A stretch of 64,000 nt of DNA from Camelus ferus (lineage: Eukaryota): assembly GCF_009834535.1 (NCBI RefSeq), contig NC_045701.1, positions 66,216,001-66,280,000 of the forward strand, read 5' to 3'. The notes beneath the pieces were generated by a model that had not been told where the DNA came from, did not search any database, and saw nothing but the letters and a program-made list of their open reading frames with translations. A program made the translations under genes and the position numbers. Of the stretch, positions 14,340 through 30,119 are shown piece by piece (within the stretch, counting starts at the first letter, position 1; each line of letters starts with the position of its first letter).

Positions 14340-14570
14340 GGTAGTGGTTAGTGGCACTGGCTTGGAGCCAGGCCACTTGTGTTTGTTTGTATTGTGTTTG
14401 TATCACCACTTCTGGTTGTGTGACCTTGGGCAAGTTACCTAACCTCTCTGAACATTAATAGTCACATGATAAATGGGGATAATGATAGAACCCCTCTTAT
14501 CAGGGATGTTGTGAGGATTAGATGAGATGTTACATATAAAGTGCTTGGCACGTAGTACATGCTTAATGAA
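14340..14570 (+). mobile_element. MIR
   Basis: core tgtgaccttgggcaagttacctaacctctctg...gttgtgaggattagatgag. Confidence 0.75.
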
Positions 14571-14572
14571 CA

Positions 14573-14574
<2 letters not shown>

Positions 14575-14632
<58 letters not shown>
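14575..14632. repeat. (TG)29 microsatellite
   Basis: Pure TG run; produces the HTHT ORFs. Confidence 0.95.
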
Positions 14633-14636
<4 letters not shown>

Positions 14637-15009
14637 AATATTATGATCATTAATGATTAGCCCATCCTGCACTTGAACTGCCTGAGCCCAAGGCTACAGA
14701 GAGGCATGCCTGGGGCATCCGCAGAGGGAGGGCCTGATTTGGTTCACTTCTCTTTGCCTGGTTCCTTTTCCTTGTCTCTCCCAGGCAAGTCCAGGGCTGG
14801 GCCCATCAGCCTGTGTTCAGTGCCTCCCTCTCTGACTTGACTCCTGCAGCCTCCTCACCCTTCCCAACCACCCCTCACTGGACTCGGAAACAGGCCCTAC
14901 AGTCAAGAAGCATCATGTCCCTGTAGCACCGTGAACACTCCCAGGGCCTGGCACAGCACCTGGCCCGGGATGGGTGCTTGACAAATGTTGTGGAATGACT
15001 CAATGAATG

Positions 15010-15290
15010 AATATTTTGGATTCTTATTGTTTTACATTACATCTTGGTTTTAATCCCGTCGGATAATCCACCCTCATTTTTCTTCTCCCAAAATTTTATC
15101 AGGTATTCTTGCCCATTTATTCTCCCAGCTGAAGGTCATTATCATTTTGTCAATTACCAAAAAAACCCCCCAAAACCCCCCAAAAACCCCAAGACGAAAT
15201 ACCCCAAACCAAAACAAACAAGAGAGAAAAAAAAGGGAAATCTATTGAGGATCTGCATTAGGATTGCATGGATTTGAGGATTGGCCTGTG
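15010..15290 (-). mobile_element. Ancient L1ME-like fragment
   Basis: ccctcatttttcttctcccaaaatt...gtattcttgcccattt...ggattgcatggattt resembles the antisense L1 ORF2 region. Confidence 0.45.
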
Positions 15291-16399
15291 ACAGCACTGA
15301 GCCTTCCTCCCCTCAGTGGTGTGCAAGCCTCCAGGTATCTGGGTCTCCGGGCTCTGGTCTGTCCTTCTGGCATTAGAGTTTTGGCATTTTCTTCATATAG
15401 TTCTGTACATTTTGAGAAGTGAGACTTCTGGTGGATTGTCAGCAACTTAAAGACAGGTAATTTAGGAAGCCAGGGGATGACACATAGTGACAGATACAGC
15501 CACTGGCAGGGAGAGACAGACTTATCCATCAGAGAGGCTAAATCTGGGGCAGCAGTCAGCCCGAGGAAAATTTAGACACTCTATCTAGGTCTTTAGCCAG
15601 GAAATGAGGCCAACGGAGACCCAGTGCTAAGAGGCCTCGCTTAAAGCCCTAGCACGCTGAAGGGGGGAGTCCAGCCAGCTGTGAACTTCCTGGTGTTTTG
15701 GTACAATATGTGAGTGAGACTCACCTGGGCCCAGGTGGTATCGCAGTGAAGGCTGCTCTGGGCCGGCAGGAGGAAGAGGATTGTGCTCAGGTTCACATTC
15801 CTGTGTCAGCTGCATACTCTAGACCGGGAATGGAGCTCATTGAGTCATTCTGCCAAGGTTACTCCTTCCTTAACTTACTCATCAATACTATGGGTCTGCC
15901 TGTCCCCTGCACCTCTCCCATCTCCACTCCAGATCAGAGGTGATCTGGGAGTAACTTGCTTGGGCCACATAGAAAGACATTTGGTACAATAGCCCAGTGA
16001 TAAGATGATTTTCTGGTCTCTAAGAAGCAGTCTGGTCTAAAGGGAGACTCAGTGTCTGGTACCAGGAAGCCCAGATTAGAGTCTCAACTCTATCACTGAC
16101 TATGTGACCTTGGGCAAATTCGCCTCTGTGATGCTCCAATAAGAGTGATGGCTGTGCCTGGCTAGCTCCCAGGCTACTGTGAGGCTCAGTGAAATAATGA
16201 AATAGAATGCAGGGAGCGCTTTGTGGACCAGCAAGGCCCATGCAGATGTGCGCTGTGTGCTGGTGCAGCCCTGACATCCTCCACGTGGCAGAAAGGGCCC
16301 GGAGGAGGGCAGCCTGCCTACCTATATATATTTTAAATGTAATAGGGTCATATCAGATATTCACTTTTATGGCCTTTTTCAGGATAGTTTCATTTTGCC

Positions 16400-16880
16400 T
16401 TCATTCATATTGTGCCTTTAGCAATTTTCCATGTCAGTCAACATTCTTTGAAAACATCAGTTTTAATGACCAAGTACTGATTCATCATATGTGATGATCA
16501 TTGATCTTCTATTTTTGGACATCTAGGCTGTTTTCACTACTATAAATTATGCCACAGTGAACATTTTTATATGTAAATCTTGGTCTGCTTTTCTAACTGT
16601 TTCCTTAGGTTAGATTCCTATAGGTGGAATTACTAACTCGAATGGCAAGAACTTTTAAGATTCCTGATTCATATTGCCAAACTGCTTTCAAAAAATTTGT
16701 AGTGGGTGGGGTACGGCTTAGTGGTGGAGTATGTGCTAAGCATGTGTGAGGTCCTGGGTTTAATCCTTGGTACGTCCACTAAAATTAAAATAAAAATAAT
16801 TTTTTAAAAATGTACCTATTGCCACTGCCACCAGCAGAATATGGGGATTTCCTTGGGGATTTAATCGTTTACTTTCTCCC
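16400..16880 (-). mobile_element. Old L1M 3' fragment
   Basis: catattgccaaactgctttc...ccaccagcagaatat motifs typical of the antisense L1 3' region. Confidence 0.6.
16703..16805 (+). mobile_element. Diverged tRNA-derived SINE (Vic-1-like) inside an old L1 fragment
   Basis: gggtggggtacggcttagtggtggag...gtcctgggtttaatcc followed by an A-rich tail. Confidence 0.7.
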
Positions 16881-17309
16881 ATTTTCAATTACAAAAGGAT
16901 ATCCCAGTGTAATAGTAAGCAAAGGGAAACGTTTACAAGTTGGAGTGTTGCAGAAAGGGGCTCTCCAGGCTAAGAGGCTAACATTGTGGGATGGTCCTCC
17001 AGCCACGTCCTGTGTGGTCTCTTCTGAAGCAGCAGAAGCCAGGTGCCTATAAGAGCCAAATGCCCTTGTGATTTTTCAGGTCTAAGCCCAGGGATGCTTA
17101 CAGCCTATAATTTCCCCAGTCCCCCGGGCCACCCTGGAGGCAGAGGCCTCCAAAGAGAGGAGATAAGTCAGGTTTATCGTCATTCGCCATACCATGTGTC
17201 AGCTACTGAGAATGTATTAAAGTAGAGGTTTTCAAACTCTTTGAAGCTCTGAACTCTTTTTTCATGAAAAAGGGGGAGGTCTACAAGAATAAAATTTTAG
17301 TTATATTTA

Positions 17310-17690
17310 TATTATGTCCATACTTGGCTATATCTACTGCCATAACACACAACCCCAAAGTATTAGTGGCTTCGAACAGCAAAGGTCTACTTCTGACTGT
17401 GCTACCTCGGTCAGCCTGGGGCTCTGCTCCACGCCCCTCAGGGATCCGGGCAGATGGAGCCTCCACTGTTGACAGCAGCACTGGCTGCCGTGGCATAGAA
17501 GGGCACAGAGCTTGTCCACCCTGCCTCTTCTATCTGCCTGGAAGTGACACACTTCTGCTCACATCCATTGGCCTTGGCCAGCCCCATGGACCTACCCAGC
17601 TTTTGCAGGTCCACTGTGGCCATGCAGTGTGACCAGGAGGGGCATCAGAATACCAGGGAGCGGCCCTAGTGATAACTGTTAGTGAACCAC
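17310..17690. mobile_element. Old MLT1-type LTR
   Basis: ataacacacaaccccaaagtattagtggctt...ggaagtgacacacttctgctcacatccattggcc. Confidence 0.55.
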
Positions 17691-18667
17691 CCCAGAAGTG
17701 TCAATCGTGATTAGAAAGGAAAGAAAGCAAATTTTTGAGTGAGAAGCTTAGGCATAGAAGGCATAGGGCTTGGAATCAGACTCTTCCCTTTCCTTCAGGT
17801 TTTATTCCTTCTCTGATTCTCCCCCAGGCCAATGGCTACTTCTCCCTGCAGGCAGCCCCACTCCCTAGTGGGGTTTCCATTATCCTTGAGAACAAAGTCC
17901 CTGCATGAAAAGGAGGGTGTAATTTGGAACTAGAGGATGAGAGGGAAAGCGGATCTAGAAATAACATCCTCCCACAGTGTAAAATGTGGAGGAACAAAAC
18001 AGTTGTCACAAAATGCTTCTAGCCACTCTTCACTTGAAGTGTCCCCCCCCAGTACCATCTGCCATTGAACCCCAGGAAAATAGGGCACCTGGGGGGCTCC
18101 TGCTTGTTGAGAAAACACTTGTTGGCATTCCTGAAGGGACTGGTGTGGCCCGTCTGGGCCAGCCTGTCCTGGGCTTTCTGGCTCTCCTGTTACCTTGGGG
18201 CTGAGTACAGGGGAAGCTGCAGTCACTTGTACGCATTGTCTCCCAGATGCCCTGAGAAAAAAGTCTTTATTCTCTGACTTTTGGCTTGGGAATGGCTTTT
18301 CTTTGACACTTCTCACCAATGCCACTCCAGGGATCTTCAATGGCGATATACACTCACACTTTTCCCTTGGCGACTTGGGGGCCAGCCAACATGCGTTAGG
18401 GTGTGAATGATTGGAGTTGCCGAGTGGCAGAGAAGACATCTAGAATTATCATCACATTCAGTCACAGGAAATAGTGTTGGGATCGTTTCCAAACCCTGCC
18501 TCAGCATGCTGAGTGTGTTTTAACTGAGCCCAGCTCATCACCAATTTCAGTTTTGTTGAGACTCTGTGTCACTGAGTGGGGCCAGAGATCCTCGGGGCTT
18601 AATTCCAAGTCTGGTCCAGACTGTGCTGAATCCCAGAGGATCCCCTGGTTTAGAGTGGGGTTCCTGA

Positions 18668-18817
<150 letters not shown>

Positions 18818-19224
18818 TGATGGTGGTGCCCTGGGAGGGAGCGGGAGGGAGGTGCATCCAGGCTAGGGTGTGTCGGACCCGTGTTTCCGGTCAGGCTGGA
18901 GAGGCCTCCCTCCAGGAGATCTCATTACTTGATGACTTTGCCTCTATCTTCCCAATGCTGCAGGCCTTGAGATGTGCCCAGAAAAAGCTGTGATCCCACA
19001 TCAATGGACCAGTTCTGCCCCCTGGAACATGAGGCAGGGGCAGGTGCACTCAGGCATCCCCCCAAGCAACAAGCCCCTCCTGCCTCTGTCAAACCTTCCT
19101 TCCCTGGGGCGGAGAGGACAGGCTGGTCTGGAGGTGCTGTTAGCCAAGACCCCCAACATCTCCTGTCTTTCCTGCACAGTCTTTTCACATTCTGGCTAAT
19201 GATGCCTGTCTCTTGGGATCTTTA

Positions 19225-19410
19225 GTCTGTGTGTGGTTTGCAAACCCAGTTGCACATTATAATCATCTGAGAGGATCAGAATCTCCTGAAGGTAGGGCCC
19301 ATAAATCTATATTTTAAAAAGTATTCTATCCCTGGTAGAAAAACAGAAGAAGAAAAAAAGTTCTCCAGGTCATTCTGATACAGTCTGTGCATGAATTCGA
19401 GACCACAGCT
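19225..19410. mobile_element. MER5-like hAT-Charlie element
   Basis: gttgcacattataatcatctg...tccaggtcattctgat...gagaccacagct. Confidence 0.55.
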
Positions 19411-20226
19411 CTGGGGATTGCTGGTGGTGCTGGCTGTTGTCACCACCATTATCATCGTCATCACTATTGGTTATCAGCAAAAGCCCAGAAAAATTTTTCT
19501 TTTAACAACTTTGTAAAAGAAAGTCATTTGTATTTGGGGGAGAGAGGAGCTCAGAGGATCTCACCAAGTGATAGCCAAGCACTTGCTCACTTCCAGAGTT
19601 GTGCCAGACACTGGAATAGAAGGCAAGTCCTCTCCCCTAAGGATCTGGTTGGGAAAACCAGACTCACACCCAGGAAACGTCACCATGATAATACACAACC
19701 AGGAGCTCAGAGGCATAGGACACACTCCCTGTGTTACAGGAATTAAGATATATGTGTGATCCTTGGGGACTTCAGCAGAGGTTAGATTGAGCTGGGTCTT
19801 GAAGGGCGGGTAGGAGTTGGAAAATTGGGCAGGAGAAGGGAAAGGCATCCAGGTAAGAGGAGGGGAAACCTGGAGTAAAGGCCTGGGGGGTGGCCAGGCT
19901 TGTTAAAAAAGCAGTAAGGAGTTTGTCACCCCAGAGAAGGGTCACAGCCACATCTCATATTAGAGTGAGCTGGGGTTCTAGCAAGAGCTGTCCAGGAAAG
20001 AGAGAGGGTGAGGTCTCTGTGTCTCCAGTGCTCCTCTCTGCTCTTGCGGTGGCCCTGGATTGATTCTGACTGACAGATTCACATGTCCTTGGAGCAAGTG
20101 ACTTCTGCCCCACTTGGCTGGCATCTTCCTTCTTTCAGCCCTGGGCCCCTATAGCTGCTGGCAGGACCCCAGCCGTGCAGAGGGGCTGGCCTTCCAAAGA
20201 GTCCGCTGAGCTGTATAGAGAGTTAA

Positions 20227-20511
<285 letters not shown>

Positions 20512-21799
20512 TGATCTAAAGGGTCTCTTCCCCGTGGACCATCGGGAACTCCAGCCACCCCATGAGGCCCAAAGCAGGACCCAGAACGGCAAATTCAAGT
20601 TTGCCCTTGCTATGACCGTGGCCTTAGGAAATCCACCTTCTTCAGTGCTTGTATTTTTATACCAGATGGAAAATTGATTCGGGTGGGTGGCAGGGTGACC
20701 CACCATTTCCTTCTTGTGGCTCATTCACTCAGGATGAAATTGAACATGAGGGGAAATCAACAGTAGGTCACCTCCATCTGAGACCACAGAGACTGTGAGG
20801 GAGGAGGAGGCGGTGTGTGTCAAGGACAAAGAGCACACTTTGGCCCCAGTCCCCCCTCCGGCCCACTCTCCCTCCACTGCCCTCCACACCCTGCACAGTG
20901 ACACCCCGAACCCCTTTTCAAACCACTAAGCACATGTGCCCCGAGGAAGCAACGCCCTTTTATCCTGCAAATCTTTGCCCACACTGTTTCTTCTATCCAG
21001 AAAGTGCGCTCACTTTTTCTCTTCCTGGAGAACGCTTTCATCCTTCAAAGACTCAGCTCAAATATCACCTTAGACAAGCTTCCCTGACTCTTCTAAGGAG
21101 GGTTTGCTCTGAGTGCTGCGTTCCTGCAGCATTTTGTCCATCTGTTATGTACTTGACATGTGAGGCTGTGTTTTCCAAATGGTGAACTTCACTAGATTGT
21201 GTCTTAAGTTCTCTCCAAGCCCAGCACCGTGAGTGAGCCTGGCACATCGTGGGGGATCCATGATGGTCACTGAATTCATGAATTTCCTTGCAAGCTGCAA
21301 GGTTTCTATCCTCCCTCGACTGACTGGGGTTGGTTTGTGGTGCCTTTATTTGTTTATCTTTCCCTGGTTCACATCATGGGAGGTGGCTCTCACAGGTAGT
21401 TCCAACTCCAGAATTTCTGAGTAGTAAAAGATCCCAGTCTGATAAGTGGGGAGAATGTCTAAAAATGCTCTTGGGGTGGTTCCTGTTGGGTGTTTTTCAC
21501 ATGAGCCCAACACACTCCCTCACTCATCCCTGGAGGAACAAGAACCCCAGAAGTTCATGATGCCCTTGGGTACCATTGTAGTAGATGCCACCTCCACTGG
21601 AAGCCACACTGGGCTCATCCTTGCCTCCCTTGATGGAGGAGTAGGCTTGCCTTGGTGTGAAGGAGATCCTGGTTGGCCTTTTACCTCAAGGGAAGAGTGG
21701 AGACATTTCAGATGTTCCCAGAAGACTGAGAAGAGGAAGGCATCACTTCCCGGAATTGAAAGGCAGGTGAAGGTAGCCATGGTGGAGAACCTGAGTTAG

Positions 21800-22012
<213 letters not shown>

Positions 22013-22331
22013 TGAGGGAGTCCATGGGGGTAGCTCTCCTTGAGCTGGGCACCTGGGCTCTTGGGTTCTAGATTGGCCTTGGTCAGGTAGGTCACTCACT
22101 TCCTTTTGCCTCAGACTCAGTTTTCCCACCAGGCAAATGGGAAACAATCCTTCAGTATCCTAAGCTGACTTGATGATTGTCTCTTGCAACAATGTGACCT
22201 ATAAAGACAGTCATTAGGCCCATCTGGCAGCGCTTTGTGGCAGGCTGGGCAGGTCCTCTCTGCCCCTTTTGACAGATGAGGCAACTGAGCCTTGGAGTGA
22301 TTGGAGGACTTTCCTGAGCTCACAGAACTAG

Positions 22332-22766
<435 letters not shown>

Positions 22767-22978
22767 TGATGCTGCCACAAAGGGAAACCCAGAGCCTGCC
22801 CTTTGGGGCAGCACTGTAGACACTCGCAGAGTGCAGGGGCCAAGTCCAGGCCATCGGGTGGAGGGCATAAGACACGAAGCAGGATGCGGTAACTTCCATC
22901 CATGTCTGGAGGCAAGAAAGCCCACTTGAACCAGGAGCGATCAGGGAAGACTTCCAGGGGGTGGCAGCTGCTCCCTAG

Positions 22979-23266
<288 letters not shown>

Positions 23267-23269
23267 TGA

Positions 23270-24069
<800 letters not shown>

Positions 24070-25989
24070 TGGGCGCTCCTCCCCTGCCCCCCAAGTTTCT
24101 GCTCGTTGGGGCAGGAAGGGGCAGCAGGGAGAGGCCTGACTCCACCTGGCTCCTCTTTGCCAGAGCTCCACCTGGCGGCCAGCCTCAACCGCAAAGGTCA
24201 GGAGTGCCACCCACCTACCCTGTCCCCAGACCCTGCCCTTGGGTCTAGGCCAGGCCCCTGCAGGCCCAAGCTGGGGGCTGCCTGGTTGTCATGATAAAAT
24301 GAGGAAGGGGCCTGGTTGTACATACAGGCCTCTTTGGTTGGGGAGTGGGGTGGGCAGGGCCCACTGTACCTCTCTGTGACTCTTGCCACCCTCCCCACCT
24401 TGACATTTGCTTTCCCAGGGCTTCCGAACCCTTTCTTTGCTTCTGAGACCCATAGGCTTCCTTCAGTCAAGGCTCCTCACTTTGACCTCACTGTGGGGTG
24501 GGGAGGAAAGGGACCTGGCACAGCAGCTCCTGGGCTCATGCATACCACACACACCTTTCCTGAGGTCAGGCCCTGGCTGTGGGACACTCACTCATTCCCC
24601 TCCTAGGTGAGCTCACCCACCTGCAGCCTCAGCACCCTTCAGGGGAGATGTGACCCCTTGCACCCCTCCTGTATATGTACTGAGGGCCCTGGGTGAGAGC
24701 TCCAGCCAGCAGTGAGGCTGAGGTCTCCCCTAGAGGACAGGTAGCAAGTCAGAGTGGAAGAAGGTGGCTGGCTCCTGCATAATCTCCTCCTGGTCGAGCA
24801 GGGAGGCAGCTCCCTCTGGCTCCAGCGGCCTTGCTGGTCTGGGGGATCACAGATGGTACCCCCTCAGCTGCCTCAACTTTGATCACCTTGCTGCCTCCTC
24901 TCCCTGCAGAGGCTTTACTCAGTGAAACAATGACCACAAACGCTGGAAGATGGGGGGCTTGGGCCTGTGATAAGGCCAGTAGCCATTGGTTGGTCCAGAG
25001 TCATCAGGGGTAAAGCTGAAACATCTATCTGCAGCTTTGGTGGGAGACACTGCCCTCCAAGGGGCTGAGGACTGTGTCCCTCACCCGTGGACAGACTGTC
25101 TGCCCTGCTCTTTTCCCTCTGAAACCGTACGAGTCTGTTGGTCTCTCCAGAAAAGGGGCCTCCATGGGATCAGGGTGCTCAGGGACCCTGGTGGTATTAA
25201 AGGTACTGATCTGCTGCTGCTTAGAAAACAGCGCCCAGTCTGAAAGGTGGACAGATGGCTGCGGGGCAGAGTCCTGCAGCTTGTTCTGTGGGAAAAGGAG
25301 TGTTGCTGACTCAGAACATGCACGTGTCTACCGCTAGGCCGGCAAGGCCAGACAGGCTGCCCTGCTCCGCACTCAGGGCTGCCTGGTAAAGTGAACCTCA
25401 GCGGCTCCTTCTCCGTGGTGGGCGGAATTGGATGGCTTCAGCCAGTCTCTTCAGAGCCTGGGTGGGAACAAGGCTGGAGGCGCTTCAGAACCAATGCGTC
25501 TGAAAGGGGATGAGTCTAAATGTAAAAGCTTTAAATGTATAGAACCCTGCATAAACCTGGAACTCATGTATCTAACATGTATGTAGGATGGACTTTGAAA
25601 TGAGGACAATTTATAAGCCAAGATTACAATTTTATTTTTTGTTTTTAAGAATTAGATTAATAATGGTTTGCTCTTGGAGAAAGATCTTCTGGAAATTTTC
25701 AAATGTTTCTCCCCCTGGGCAAGCTCTTCACCAGAGAGGAAAGTGCTTTTCCACGCACATTCACCAAACTCTAGTTCCTTTCCTCCTAGGTCACCCTGTA
25801 CTTATTATTTTCAACCAACTGATCAATCCATAAGTATTTATTTGTTAAAAACTTACTACTGTACCTAGCACTGTAAATAGGAAAAGAGTGATATCTCTAT
25901 GTGAAAATATGTGGAGGTGGAAATTGCTCACTGGAAATATACTGATGTGATTTTTTTTTTTAAACAAAGCAAAGCCCTATTCTTGGCTA

Positions 25990-25995
25990 ATTAAA
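25990..25995 (+). terminator. Candidate PLEKHD1 polyadenylation signal (ATTAAA)
   Basis: Ends an AT-rich, TGTA-rich stretch (25500-25990) and is followed by GT/T-rich sequence. Alternatives: ATTAAA at 25196 and AATAAA at 27405. Confidence 0.3.
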
Positions 25996-28900
25996 AGTGT
26001 TTTCCTGCAGTATCGTTTGCACTGTGGTCCTGGCTAGAGAGATGTTGCCCCCTGCAGGCTGAATGTGGAATTATGGAATTGTGGGCTTGCGCTCCTTTGC
26101 ACACACATTTTCCTAGGTAGGAGGCTGTACTCCCCTCTGCTGCACCTCCTGGGAGTGGTTTCTTAATAATTAACTGAAAATCTGTGTTCCCACCCTGAGG
26201 TCCTGGCTGTCGCCATGTAACAAGGACTATCAGCAGGATTTTCTTCTGATTTGAGCACGGACCAAAGGGACAGAGCTGACTGCACAGTGGGAATAGCCTC
26301 AGGCAGACAAAGTGTACCTAGTTTGATGGCTTGCTAGTTTCAGTATCCCTACTGGAAATTGACAGTTTTATCTGCTCCGTTGAGGAGAGATGTATACTTT
26401 TATTTTGTAATCATGTAAGGGAGAGTGGGAAATGGTGATGCCTGGATTCTCCCCCTATTTTGTTTTCTCACTGGGGTTGGATGCTCTATCATCACAACCC
26501 TTTTTGTGCTGTTTTCCAGCGTAATTATTAATGGCTCCCCCTTTTGCTATCACAAGTGTCCCAGTTTGGATGATAATTCCATGGTCATTCTGGTTTTAAT
26601 GCTTTCCCTCAGTGACATGTTAATGGGTGAGGCAAGAGATCTGTAAAACACTTGGATTCCCAGCCCCTGGGAATGATCCACTGCCTGTACTCGTCTCTGA
26701 AAGGATGTAACTCTTGCCCCCTACCCATCCTATTCCTTCCAGCTCCTTGTGACCTGTGCAGCCTGTGGGTGCTTGGGTGCCGTCTGCCTGAAATTTGGAG
26801 CCCATAATGAATGATGATGGTGAAACAAACTTGCTCAAGCCCAGGCTGTGTCAGATTTGGTCTAATTGGAAGGCAGTTACTAAACCCACCAAACAAAGGA
26901 GCCCTTGGTAAAGGCCAACAGTCCCTGGGACTCTTGTGCTTCTGTAATAAGCCAGGCTGAAGCTGCTCAGACCCCCAGGATGCTTCAGGGGCTCCCCAAA
27001 GTCAGGAACCCTGTGACTTTGACTCTAATCTTGCCCCACCCCTGGCAGCAGAGGTGAAGAGATGTCCTTTGCAAAGCTTTGAGAGAGAGTACAGTGGTGT
27101 CTTTTTCTTCTTGCCACTTAGAAACAGAGATCCACTCCCAGACATCCAAAGCAACTGGGAGAAACTGGTTATTCAAATGTCCACGTGGGTGTGGATGAGT
27201 GCAACGTAATGCCCCAGGCTTGGTTCTCCTGACTCTTTGTATGTCCCATCTCCCCTTCCCTTCCCTACACTTGGGCTTCCACTCATCTCTACCAACTCCT
27301 CTGACCCAGAAATGAGCTTCCTTCCCCATCCTGTTGGGTTAAAGGTGTTCAGGGGAAGTTCAGGAAGCATTCCAAGCCCAGAAAACTTGGGAGTGGGGGA
27401 TCTTAATAAACTCAGTCCCCTTGGGGGGAATTCTACCTGCAACTGTCACCAAATGTTTCAATGCAGTCCAGTATTTTGTGCGTTCTTTGGCTTTGCCCCT
27501 GGGTAAGACTTGACGATCAGACAGGGAAGTTGAGATGAGTCAGGGATGCTCAAAGGTCCAGGCTGGACCACAGGTTCTGCAGCCACTGTTCAGGCAGATG
27601 CAGAGCCAGCTCAATGTGTTTGGGGCTCATGCTCTCTGCCTTGCTTGCCTTGGAGGATCTGACACCTGGCTCTGGGCTGAGAGTGCTGCTATGAACGCAC
27701 TCAATTTGCCTTGTTTCCTGGCAAAAACTGACTGATGGGCCTTGGAGTGACATTGACTACAGGGAGAACCTTTCCTCTTGCAGAGCAGTGACCCGATCAC
27801 AAGGTGCCCAGGGGAGGAACTTGACCTATACTCTGCCTGCTGCTACCCAAGGGAGTGGGGGCGGGGTAGGGGTGGGAGGAGTTGTTGCCTTACTACTTAC
27901 TGGCTCTGGAGCTTTTGATAAATCACTATTTAAAATGCTTTTTATATTTATATGTTTTTATTAGATAGGAGATAAATCTCTTAAATCTCACCGAGCTTCC
28001 CAGAGCACTTGTATCTCTGAAGTTCTATGATCTGGGAACTTGCAGCCCTGAAGTCAATGGAGACATGGCTGCTACAGACAGCGCTGACTGAGAAGGTGCA
28101 GTTCTCAGGGAGGATGTTCCAGCTTGGGTTGGACTTGGTGCCATGCTGTTGTCAGAAGGGATGAGAAGAGGAAATTTTAGTGTTGAGATGAGAACAGGAA
28201 GGATAACTGATTTATTGCCCAAGGAAAAGGCCACTGCAACTAATTGCAGTCACCTGGAAGGCTGTCCTGGGAAAGGAAAGAGGTTGGTTCTCATGTTCAC
28301 GCTGGTGTCTGAGACCAGCTGTCAGCATCACTTCTTCCCATCTTCATTCAACAAATATTCACTGTGATTTTAAAAAGAAAAACTGATGGACATCTTATTT
28401 TTCTGACAAATTGCTGGCCAGTGGTGACGGTCCTGCCCATCTTAAAGATAAGAGAGTCATAGATGAGGGGAAGTTGGGTCCCTATGCATCATCTTTTCCG
28501 GGTTGCATCTCGTGGTGACCTTGTGTTAAGGGATGCTTTGGTGGTCACTTCCTCCTTCTTTCCAGCAGATGGCAGCATGCTCTGAGCTGGGCCAGCAAAT
28601 TCAGCGGGAAACTGAACCAAGGCTCTCAGAAAGGGGAGGGCTTTGTGAAACCACCAAGGTGCTGTGTTATTGGTGGGATTCTCCCAGCTGTTCTCCCCTT
28701 TATGATATGAAACAAAAGTCTCTGCTTCAACCATCATTCATCGAGTCTATGGGGTACCGTGCGTGCCATCTTTCCTTGATTTACAGAAAAATGAAACCCA
28801 CAGAAGTTAAGGGACTTGCCCGAGGTCACAGAACTTCTAAACGGAGTTTCAGGTACTTGAGTTCATGGCTAGTGTTCTTTCTAGCATATGTAAATATTAA

Positions 28901-29399
28901 TATGTAACATTAGTATGTAAAATATTATGTGTAAATACGTAAATGATTATATGTAAATGATTTTTAGAGAGCGTCTTCCCTCCATTCTTTCCTTCAACAA
29001 ACACATTGGGCTCCTCTATGTTCTAGGCCCCAACAGTCTCCAATTCAGATCTTTTCTGTTATGGGTTCTTAAGGGTTTGACTCAGCTGTTTGGTAACTGA
29101 CAGCCTCCTGGAATTCTTCTCTTCTGAAGTCTGACTGGCCCAGTGCAGCAGGCCCTGAGGGTCAGAGCTTCTCATCCTAAGGATTTGCAAAGTTACCAGG
29201 CCTTTTCTTGTTGCCTCCAACCACTTTCATGCTGGCAGTCTCTTGGCCTTCACCTTCCTTTGTCCTTCCTCACTCCCCAGCCCAGTGTCCTCTGAAACAG
29301 AAGTGTCCTCTCAGCGAGGAGGCAGCCAATGGGAAGGCCCTGGCCTGGGAATCTAGAGGCAGGAAAGTCAGTGATCAATCCTGAGAGAGGGGCAAGCCA

Positions 29400-29960
29400 T
29401 CCGACCTCCCCTTGATTAAATGAAGGTGTGGAATTAGATGCTTTCAGATACCCTTCATAAGTCTCTGCTGGAGATTGCGTTAGGCGTGGGCATGTGACTC
29501 AGGCTGGCCAATGAGATGAGAAGTCTGTTGGAGGATTTCTAGGACAGGTTTTTTCACTTTTAAAGAGTCATGGGGGTGGGGAGTATAGCTCAGTGGTAGA
29601 GCGCATGCTTAGCATGGACAAAGGCCTGGGTTCAGTCCCCAGTACCTCCATTTTAAGAAAAGAGTCGTGGGGAAAATACAATCCTGTTATCTCCACTGGA
29701 CATTGTGTGTCGTGTGTCTGGATATGACACCTAGAACTAAGGCAACCAACCCGTGACCACGGGGGCAGCTGGTCCGAGGACCAGGCCAGTGTGCCTAGGT
29801 AACTGAGCAGAAAGATGGCACTGGGCCCTGGTCCTTACTGGGTTGTCACTGAGTGAACCAACCCTGGATCTGCCCTATTTCAGGACTTCTTGCTATGTGA
29901 GGTAATTTATCTTTCCTAATTTCTGAGGTCATTTTGCTTGGGATTTCTGTTGTTTGCAAA
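29400..29960. mobile_element. Old MLT1-type LTR carrying a SINE insertion
   Basis: gggcatgtgactcaggctggccaatgag...caggacttcttgctatgtgaggtaat...gggatttctgttgtttgca. Confidence 0.55.
29575..29658 (+). mobile_element. tRNA-derived SINE (camelid Vic-1-like) inside an MLT1-type LTR
   Basis: GGGG head, A-box tagctcagtggta, B-box-like gggttcagtccc. Flanking duplication aaagagtcatggg (29562) / aaagagtcgtggg (29659). Confidence 0.8.
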
Positions 29961-30119
29961 TATGAGCTGCGTAATTGATAATCACCTTAGCTTTATCAGA
30001 GTTGTGTGATTCCCAAAGTCTGAAGACCTTTTCCTAAGGAAGTCAAGGCATTTTTCAAACATAAACTGGGAACTCGAATTCATCTCCTCATTCACTCAAC
30101 GAATAGTTGTTGAGAACCT

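Noticed and set aside
14439-14672. His-Thr repeat ORFs (also 32965..33255)
   Set aside because: They are translations of (TG)n microsatellites.
29575-29655. tRNA-like sequence (also 16703-16780)
   Set aside because: It has a G-rich head, a TSD or A-rich tail and no complete acceptor stem, so it is a SINE and not a tRNA gene.
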